A DNA stretch of 64,000 nt, from NCBI GenBank assembly GCA_963716175.1, contig OY970296.1, forward strand, positions 2,208,001 to 2,272,000, given 5' to 3'. Below, piece after piece: positions 57,331 through 64,000 of this stretch. A program made the position numbers and the translations under genes. Below the pieces are notes generated by a model, which searched no databases, was not told where the DNA came from, and saw only the letters and a list, made by a program, of their open reading frames with translations. Every line of letters starts with the position of its first letter. The first letter of the stretch is position 1. Source of the stretch: an uncultured Armatimonadetes bacterium. GTDB lineage: Bacteria; Armatimonadota; Hebobacteria; Hebobacterales; Hebobacteraceae.

Positions 57331-57587
57331 GACGCCGCCGGAAGTATCCGTTGTGGAAATGGTGCCGGCATGCGCGGCGCCGCGTCTGGTGAGGTCGCCG
57401 CGCGTGGCTTCACGCGCCCATCATCATCCGTCCTGTCCAGGGGCTCGTCGGTCTGACCCGCAGGCGCCGGGGGGCGGCAGAGCGGCGGTCAGCGCCGACA
57501 CTTCGTGGGGGCTCGTTCTAGGGCAAGGCGAAACGGGATAACATGCCGCCTGGAAAGACCCTGACAGTCGGCGCAGGAGGCAAGACA

Positions 57588-58313
57588 ATGCGATGGGTGT
57601 GGTTTGTGCTGGTGATGCTCGCCAGCCTGGCGGCGGGCTGCGACAACCCGGTGCAGATCGATCGTGATACCGAGATCGCCATCGGTCGCCAAGGCGCGGC
57701 CGACCTCGAGAAGCAGTACGGCCTGGTCGGGAACTCGGCCATGCAGCAGCGGCTAGATGGGATCGGGAGGCGACTCGCTTCCGTCTCGGCTGAACCCTCG
57801 TTCCCCTGGACCTTCAGGATCCTCAACTCGAAGGAGGTTAATGCGGTCTGCCTGCCTGGCGGGTTCGTCTACGTCTTCAGGGGCATGATGGAGTACGTGA
57901 AGAGCGACGACGAGCTCGCGGGCGTGGTCGGTCACGAGGTCGTACACGCAGACCACCACCATTCGAAGGCGGCTATCGAGAAGGCGATGACGGCGGGCCT
58001 ATTGGTCGAGCTGGTCACCCAGAAGAGCTCCGCCTCAATCCAGCAGGCCGCCAAGATCGCTCTCAATCTGGAGATGCAGCAGGGATACCGGGAGAAGGAG
58101 TACGAGGCCGACCATTTCGGAACGGGGTATGCCTTCCGGGCAGGCTACCGGGCCAGCGGCCTGCGAAGCCTGCTGGAGTACCTCTACAAAAAGGAGGGCG
58201 ACCCGGCGCGGATCACCTGGCTGCTCCAGAGCCACCCTCCGCTGGTCAAACGCATCGAACGCCTCGACCAGTATGTCCCGACGCTCACCGGGAAACCGCT
58301 CGCGGAGAGCTGA
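57588..58313 (+). CDS. M48 family metallopeptidase lipoprotein
   Basis: Lipobox LAAGC, VNAVCLPGG, ELAGVVGHEVVH, EYEAD, SHP...RI. Confidence 0.9.
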   Translation: MRWVWFVLVMLASLAAGCDNPVQIDRDTEIAIGRQGAADLEKQYGLVGNSAMQQRLDGIGRRLASVSAEPSFPWTFRILNSKEVNAVCLPGGFVYVFRGMMEYVKSDDELAGVVGHEVVHADHHHSKAAIEKAMTAGLLVELVTQKSSASIQQAAKIALNLEMQQGYREKEYEADHFGTGYAFRAGYRASGLRSLLEYLYKKEGDPARITWLLQSHPPLVKRIERLDQYVPTLTGKPLAES

Positions 58314-58649
58314 CCACGTAACAGTTTATTTTTGGTGAGAGTGATTCTGCGGGGCAGTGGCAGGAATCAGGGCACAGGGGTGGGGAGCAGCAGTTCCTGG
58401 CAGCTGCTCAGGAGCGGCTTGCCTTGCGCAATCCGCGTGCTCAAGAGACTCATCGGCCCCATCTCGGTATCGGATCCTTTGTGGGAGCGCGTGCCCCCTG
58501 ATCTTGCGCGTTATCACCGTCGGTGGGTGGAAGAGTGCGCTGGCCGAGCGAACGCTCAGGGCATGATTGGCCAGGGAGTACGCAGGGAACCGACTCCAAC
58601 GCACCCTTCTTGACGGTCTTCCGGGCCGCTAGCCGGAGCCTGCTAACCG

Positions 58650-59315
58650 CTACAGGAGATCCTGGCGCCCCACGGCGTCGGGCAAGTCAGCCGCGAAGAA
58701 CGGGCTATGGCGGATAGTCTCGCCCAGGATGACAATGGGGTGAGTGCGAAGGGCAGCGGCAATAAGCGAAGATGGGAAAAGGCGGCGATCATATTGGCAG
58801 ACTGCGACCACAGGAGCACCCGCGGCATGCCGGGTGACCTCCTCTTCATAGGTCTCCCATAGCGCAGTGTCTACGGGCCTGTCGCGAAGAAACGAAGCCT
58901 CGCCAGCAACTCGCATGGCAGTCCAGCCGGCGCGCCGGCCGTCTTCGAGCAAGGCTAGCCCGAGCTGGAGAGTCCGGCTGGGGTCGAAGAGCCCGTTCTG
59001 GAGATAGAACTCAATGTCTGAGACAATGATCAGCTGACCAGAGGCCTCCAGCGTCGGAAGGTCACCCCCGGCATGGGCGAGGGCTTGCCGGAACCTGGAG
59101 GCACCGGCAGGCGCGGATATCCAGACGCAACGCTGTTCCGCGCGCAGTCCGTGGGTTACAAAGGGCAGCATCACTGCCATCTGCTGATCGGGGTGGTCGA
59201 AGACGGCACAGATGTGATCGCCCCAGGAGAAGTTGAAGTCGCCATACCCGAACGCCGTCGGGTCGGCAGCTCTGCACGGTCCCGCTCGGGTGGCTGCCGT
59301 GAGTGCACTCTCCAT
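58650..59315 (-). CDS. Stand-alone MEDS domain protein
   Basis: GDHICAVF, FVTHGL..EQRC, MRVAGE, YE, VCQYDRR.F...THP. Confidence 0.82.
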   Translation of the reverse strand: MESALTAATRAGPCRAADPTAFGYGDFNFSWGDHICAVFDHPDQQMAVMLPFVTHGLRAEQRCVWISAPAGASRFRQALAHAGGDLPTLEASGQLIIVSDIEFYLQNGLFDPSRTLQLGLALLEDGRRAGWTAMRVAGEASFLRDRPVDTALWETYEEEVTRHAAGAPVVAVCQYDRRLFPSSLIAAALRTHPIVILGETIRHSPFFAADLPDAVGRQDLL

Positions 59316-59668
59316 CCTTGAGTCCTCCTCTTCGAAGGCTTCTCTGGCCCTCACGTTCCGGACCCGCCCTTGCACCCGCAGACACCACATGCACTCTTTG
59401 GTATGCCCAGACTCACCTGTTCCGAAACACTGCTTACCTCCTATCCGGGCAGCTTTCGGTAAGCTCCGACGTCCAATCGCACAATCCCGGATCGCCCGCG
59501 GGCATGAGCGCCTGGCCGAGGATGCAACCGCACTCTGCGTTTCGCGCGGCTGTGCCCAGCATGGCTTCATTGCCAAGGAGCCAGCTTGCTCTGTTACTCG
59601 CCAATGAACACTCCTTGAAGCTCGGCGCGGTGGTGACGGCCATGGTCGTGCGCCATGCCATAGATGGC

Positions 59669-59917
59669 CGACGGCCCCGGGCACCCCCGACTCCGGCTAC
59701 CCGCTCGGCTTGGAGTCACTGGCTGGGGGTGTGTCGCGTACGGCGGCGGGAGCCGCGCCACGGCGGCAATGACCGGCAGGCGCACCCAGTCGAATCCCCG
59801 CTCGGTGTTCTCGTTCATCCTCGCTGATCTCCCAGAACAGGGGTATGCACGGAGGCAGAGAATACCACGAGACGAGCAGGAGGGGCGGCCCGGGAGGCAG
59901 ATGAGTTTTCGAACAGC
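59669..59917 (-). repeat. Long repeat unit, copy C
   Basis: Same blocks as copies A and B. Confidence 0.8.
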
Positions 59918-59984
59918 ACGGGCAACGAAGAAGCGACGGCTAAGAGGTGCGAGAGAATACGCCCATCCTTGCACTACGGTTGGG

Positions 59985-62900
59985 ATGCAATCCGCGGACA
60001 CTGCGCCTTACTGCTGTCTTGGTGTGACTTCGCACGGCGGTTCCAGTGCCGTGCAGCAGAGGAGTCTGGCAGTGGGTTTCCTGCGCTTCGCGGTGACAGT
60101 AGTGATGGCGGTGACGGCAAGCACCCTCGTACTCGCGGAGCCGATCATCGAGACCTGGCGGAGTTCCTTCGGCGAGTGCCGGTCCGTCGCCGTCGATCCA
60201 GAAGATGGCTCAGTGTGGGTGGCAGCCGGGGCGAGCGTCGTTCATCTCTCGCGCGAGGGGACAATCCTCGCACTGGGCAGGGGATTCGGCTTTCCTTCCT
60301 CTGTATCGCTGAACGCGAGCGACGGATCGTGCTGGGTGGCGGATGCGGGCACCGGCGAGGTCGTGCACCTCTCAGCGGATGGACTCGAGCTCTGGCGGGG
60401 GGGAGGCTTCGGGGGGCCGGAATCTGTCTCAGTGAACGCCGCGGACGGTTCCTGCTGGATCGCCGACACCGCGCTTCACCGTGTGGTCCACTTATCCTCG
60501 ACGGGCGGGGTGCTCTGGGAGGGAGGTGACCTCTACTATCCAGCGTCAGTGTCCGTGAGCCCGGATGATGGCTCTTGCTGGGTGGCAGACACAGGTCACG
60601 ATTCCGTGGTGCGCCTGGCGGCCGATGGTTCAGAGGTGTGGCGGGGGACGAGCTTCCGAGGACCCAGGAGTGTCGCGGCGGGGGCTAACGACGGTTCGTG
60701 TTGGGTGTCGGACACAGCCCACCATCAGGTCGTCCGACTTGCTGCCTCCGGGGCCGAAGCGTGCCGCGTTGGTGGATTCGATTATCCCGAGTCTGTCTCT
60801 GCTCGCGCGGATGATGGCTCCTGCTGGGTCGCGGATACCCAGAATCACCAGGTGGTCCACCTGTCGGCTGCTGGTGTGGAGCTGTTCCGGGGAGGGCGCT
60901 TCGAGTATCCGCAGTCGGTGGCCGTGGCGGAGGACGGTGGCTCGTGCTGGGTCGCGGATTCGTCTCCTGACCAACTGGTGCACCTAGCCGCGGACGGGAC
61001 CGAACAGTGGCGCGGAGGCGGCATCGGATATCCTTGCTGCGTGTCCGCCGACCTCGTTGATGGCTCCTGCTGGGTCGCCGACGCCTCCGGCAAACAGGTT
61101 GCCCACTTCGCTGATGACGGAACGGAGCTTGGGCGGGGAGGAGGGATCCAATACCCGCACAGTGTCTCCGCAGACGCTCGCGATGCGTCGTGCTGGGTCG
61201 CCGATACGTGGGGTCACCAGGTGGTACACCTCGCGGCGGACGGAGCAGAGCTGTGGCGAGGAGGCGTCTTCTCCTACCCCTATGGTGTGTCCGTGAATGC
61301 CACCGACGGGTCGTGTTGGGTTGCAGACACCGGACACGACGAGGTGGCGCACCTGAGCGCGACGGGGGCAGAGCTCTGGCGGGGCGGAGGCTTCAGCGCT
61401 CCCCGCTCGGTATCTACCAACGCGGTTGACGGGTCCTGCTGGGTTGCAGACACCGGGCACGACGAGGTGGCGCACCTGAGCGCGACGGGGGTAGAGCTAT
61501 GGCGGGATGGAGGCTTCAGCGCTCCCCGCTCGGTATCTGCCAACGCGGGTGACGGGTCCTGCTGGGTTGCGGACACCGGGCACGACGAGGTGGCGCACCT
61601 GAGCGCGACGGGGGCAGAGCTCTGGCGGGGCGGAGGCTTCGGTTGCCCTTACTCAGTTGCTGTCAACGCCACTAATGGGAGCTGCTGGATCGCGAGCACA
61701 GATGATAACCTGGTTGCGCTGGTCGACCTGGATGGGCAGGAGCAGTGGCGAGGAGGGTACTTCTCCCGACCGTGGGCTGTGTCGGCGAGCGCGCTAGATA
61801 GCGCTTGTTGGGTAGCCGACACTGGTGACCGCCAAGTGGTCCGCATCCAGGTCGCCGCGAAGAGGTTCGCTGATGTGACAGTGGACCATTGGGCCTACTG
61901 CGAGGTCGAGGCCTGCTACAGTGCTGACATAGTACGCGGCTATGGTGACGGCACCTATGGTCCGGACGGCACTGTGACGCGGGACCAGATGGCAGTGTAC
62001 ATCGCGCGGGCGCTAGCCAGCGGCGAGGAGAATGTGCCAGACCCCGACTGTTCGGTTGCGCCCTTCACCGATGTGCCTTGCGACCACTGGGCGAGGAAGC
62101 ACATCGCCTACTGTGTCGATCAGGGCGTCGTGCAGGGCTATCAGGAGGGCGACTACAGGCCGGGCATGGCGGTAACGCGGGATCAGATGGCCGTGTACAT
62201 GGCCCGGGCGATGGTGGCGCCAACTGGCGAGGCCGCGCTCACCGACTACGTCCCCTCTAACCCGCGCAATTTCCCTGACGTCGCGTCGAGCTTCTGGTCC
62301 TACCGCCATATCGAATACTGCGTCGAGAACGGTGTTGTGAAGGGCTACGAGGATGGCCTCTATCACCCCGAGTGGACTGTCACGCGGGATCAGATGGCCG
62401 TCTATGTCGCGCGGTCGTTCCATCTCGCGATGCCGCTTCGCCTCCTCTCCAGGCCCTTTGAGCCTGTGTCCTTGCTCGGGCCATACCCGGACCAGACAGC
62501 GCTTGCGGGCCCTGCCTTCCACGGGCGGGTGCCGATAGCTGCGAGAAACCGAGGCCAGGTCGAGTGGACATTGGTGGGAGCTCCTGCGGGAATGACGGCG
62601 GATTCCCGTACCGGCCGGCCAGCCTGGGAGAACCCGGCCGAAGGGCTCTACACCATTGTGCTGCGCGCAACTGCGGGAGCTGAATCTGCGGAGGTGACGT
62701 GGCACCTTCGGGTTGTAGCCAACGACTTCCCTGACCCGCGCGTATACTCCACGCGCCACATAGACTTCGTAGCTCCCCGGGACTACACTGACTGGATGTC
62801 CCGGTGGGAGGTTTCTGCCTACGTAGACACATGGTGGGAGTGGATGCAGGACATCGTGGGCCGGGACCCAACGACCTGCAAGCAGGTCGTCAGGTACGAT

Positions 62901-64000
62901 CCCGACGCGGGTGGTGGAGCCCACTCCTGCAACCCGGTCGAGGCGGGACCGGGCTGGTGGAGCACAGATCCCATCGATGGCTGGAGCATGGGGGTCTGGG
63001 CGCATGAGGTGGCGCACAACTTCAACGCGCAGACCAACGTGGGACGCATCACCGGCGACAATTGGGCCGACCCCTACTTCCATCATCTGACTGAGTTCAT
63101 GCAGGTGCCGGCGGAGCAGCGGGCATTGCAGTTCCCGGATGCCTTCGGTCTTCGCGGCGCGACACTCGCGATGTTCCGTGCCCGTGCCTATCGGGAGAAG
63201 CAGGAGTTTCGGCGGCGGACAGGGGCCTACCTGGAGTGGCTCTCCCAGGGGGGCCGAGCTGACACCTTCACCGGTGACACTTACGGCCCCTGGGCAACCA
63301 TTGCCTACGAACTGGCCGACCGATTTGGCCCCGAGGTGCTGGAGGACACTATGCGCTCCCTGCGCCCCGATGCTCTTCCCGCGTCTATCTACGATCTTGC
63401 TGACAGCGACCTGAGGAAGAATACACTCCTGTTCGCCATCCTGTCAGCGGTGGCGGGAACCGACCTCAGAGGGTACTTCGGCACCTGGGGCTTCGACAAC
63501 GATGCAGCCTTCTTCGATCAGGTGTTGCCAGTCGCATCGCAGACTATCGCCGATGTCCGCGCGTGGCCGAGCGCCCAGCCATTGGGCCATGGTCTCGTGC
63601 CGCAGAGGTCGCTGCCGATGCCGACCGAGACGTGCTTCGCCTCAGCATGCGAGGTGGGCGAAGGCTCGTTCTGGACCCAGGAAGTGTGGGGAGGATCGGC
63701 CTCGTTCAGTTACTCCCCTGTCGCGCACTCCGGTCTGGGCAGCCTCTCTACCGTCTCAGTCCCAGGGGTGAATGCTGCTTGGGTGCACGCCGAGGGCGTC
63801 CGGCCGCAGTCGTACTACCTGCTGAGCGCATGGGTCAAGACGGACAATCTGGTCCCCCTCGACGGGCTCGGCGCGTGGCTTGATATGCATCCTCTGGGTG
63901 ACTGCCACACCATACCACTGGTGGGAACCAGCGACTGGACGAAGCTGCAGGCAATGGTATATACAGGTGATGTGGCCGACATAGAGGTGAACTGCATCCT
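59985..64000 (+). CDS. Large surface protein: beta-propeller repeats + 3 SLH + HExxH peptidase-like domain + CBM-like domain (runs off the window)
   Basis: My translation (frame checked at several points, no stop before 64000): 41-aa DGSCWVADT repeats, three F.DV...HWA...V.GY.DG.Y.P...VTRDQMAVY units, and VWAHEVAHNF. Confidence 0.85.
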   Translation, partial: MQSADTAPYCCLGVTSHGGSSAVQQRSLAVGFLRFAVTVVMAVTASTLVLAEPIIETWRSSFGECRSVAVDPEDGSVWVAAGASVVHLSREGTILALGRGFGFPSSVSLNASDGSCWVADAGTGEVVHLSADGLELWRGGGFGGPESVSVNAADGSCWIADTALHRVVHLSSTGGVLWEGGDLYYPASVSVSPDDGSCWVADTGHDSVVRLAADGSEVWRGTSFRGPRSVAAGANDGSCWVSDTAHHQVVRLAASGAEACRVGGFDYPESVSARADDGSCWVADTQNHQVVHLSAAGVELFRGGRFEYPQSVAVAEDGGSCWVADSSPDQLVHLAADGTEQWRGGGIGYPCCVSADLVDGSCWVADASGKQVAHFADDGTELGRGGGIQYPHSVSADARDASCWVADTWGHQVVHLAADGAELWRGGVFSYPYGVSVNATDGSCWVADTGHDEVAHLSATGAELWRGGGFSAPRSVSTNAVDGSCWVADTGHDEVAHLSATGVELWRDGGFSAPRSVSANAGDGSCWVADTGHDEVAHLSATGAELWRGGGFGCPYSVAVNATNGSCWIASTDDNLVALVDLDGQEQWRGGYFSRPWAVSASALDSACWVADTGDRQVVRIQVAAKRFADVTVDHWAYCEVEACYSADIVRGYGDGTYGPDGTVTRDQMAVYIARALASGEENVPDPDCSVAPFTDVPCDHWARKHIAYCVDQGVVQGYQEGDYRPGMAVTRDQMAVYMARAMVAPTGEAALTDYVPSNPRNFPDVASSFWSYRHIEYCVENGVVKGYEDGLYHPEWTVTRDQMAVYVARSFHLAMPLRLLSRPFEPVSLLGPYPDQTALAGPAFHGRVPIAARNRGQVEWTLVGAPAGMTADSRTGRPAWENPAEGLYTIVLRATAGAESAEVTWHLRVVANDFPDPRVYSTRHIDFVAPRDYTDWMSRWEVSAYVDTWWEWMQDIVGRDPTTCKQVVRYDPDAGGGAHSCNPVEAGPGWWSTDPIDGWSMGVWAHEVAHNFNAQTNVGRITGDNWADPYFHHLTEFMQVPAEQRALQFPDAFGLRGATLAMFRARAYREKQEFRRRTGAYLEWLSQGGRADTFTGDTYGPWATIAYELADRFGPEVLEDTMRSLRPDALPASIYDLADSDLRKNTLLFAILSAVAGTDLRGYFGTWGFDNDAAFFDQVLPVASQTIADVRAWPSAQPLGHGLVPQRSLPMPTETCFASACEVGEGSFWTQEVWGGSASFSYSPVAHSGLGSLSTVSVPGVNAAWVHAEGVRPQSYYLLSAWVKTDNLVPLDGLGAWLDMHPLGDCHTIPLVGTSDWTKLQAMVYTGDVADIEVNCI

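Noticed and set aside
59594-59820. Conserved leader peptide (LPVIAAVARL...) in the long repeat units
   Set aside because: It appears in copies A and C only because their DNA is similar. The frame is broken in copy B and the starts are not conserved.
50933-59917. Classical integron attC array
   Set aside because: The hairpins lack RYYYAAC/GTTRRRY cores, and the tyrosine recombinase lacks the IntI-specific insertion before the HxxRH motif.
61305-61640. Regularly spaced near-identical repeats as a CRISPR array
   Set aside because: The 123-bp period is in frame, there are no unique spacers, and the repeats encode propeller blades. No cas operon is present.

Overview
GC-rich bacterial window. 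SLH-domain surface proteins together with lipoprotein/M48 genes suggest a diderm such as Armatimonadota (inference only). Bases 1-10.7 kb are mostly housekeeping: paaK (partial), iorAB, a C-N hydrolase, MscS, a nitroreductase, EamA and a GNAT, plus one inserted HEPN-type gene. A tRNA-Gln(CTG)/tRNA-Glu(CTC) pair at 10.76-10.93 kb is the insertion point of a large serine recombinase whose ORF reads through the tRNA-Glu. A defective prophage- or satellite-like block follows (12.6-23.2 kb) with an excisionase, a CHC2 protein, ParB plus two DNA methyltransferases, and both terminase subunits but no portal or capsid. Next is a defence-rich region (23-49 kb) with an EVE-nuclease, an REase-NACHT protein, a tyrosine recombinase with a duplicated catalytic tail, a DUF2254-like membrane protein, type III R-M and a Ski2-SWIM helicase plus UvrD-nuclease pair. 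Single metabolic and surface genes fill 49-64 kb, punctuated by a family of ~70-nt hairpin repeats. Strongest novelty candidates: (1) a ParB-methyltransferase split at a CxxC/CxCxHC junction with two alternative catalytic halves; (2) a membrane protein with an apparent HK97 capsid-fold C-terminus, encoded right after type III R-M; (3) promoter-hairpin-gene-hairpin modules; (4) a peptidase cassette inserted inside an integrase gene that supplies a recoded catalytic tail. All family assignments come from reading motifs by eye, with no database searches.
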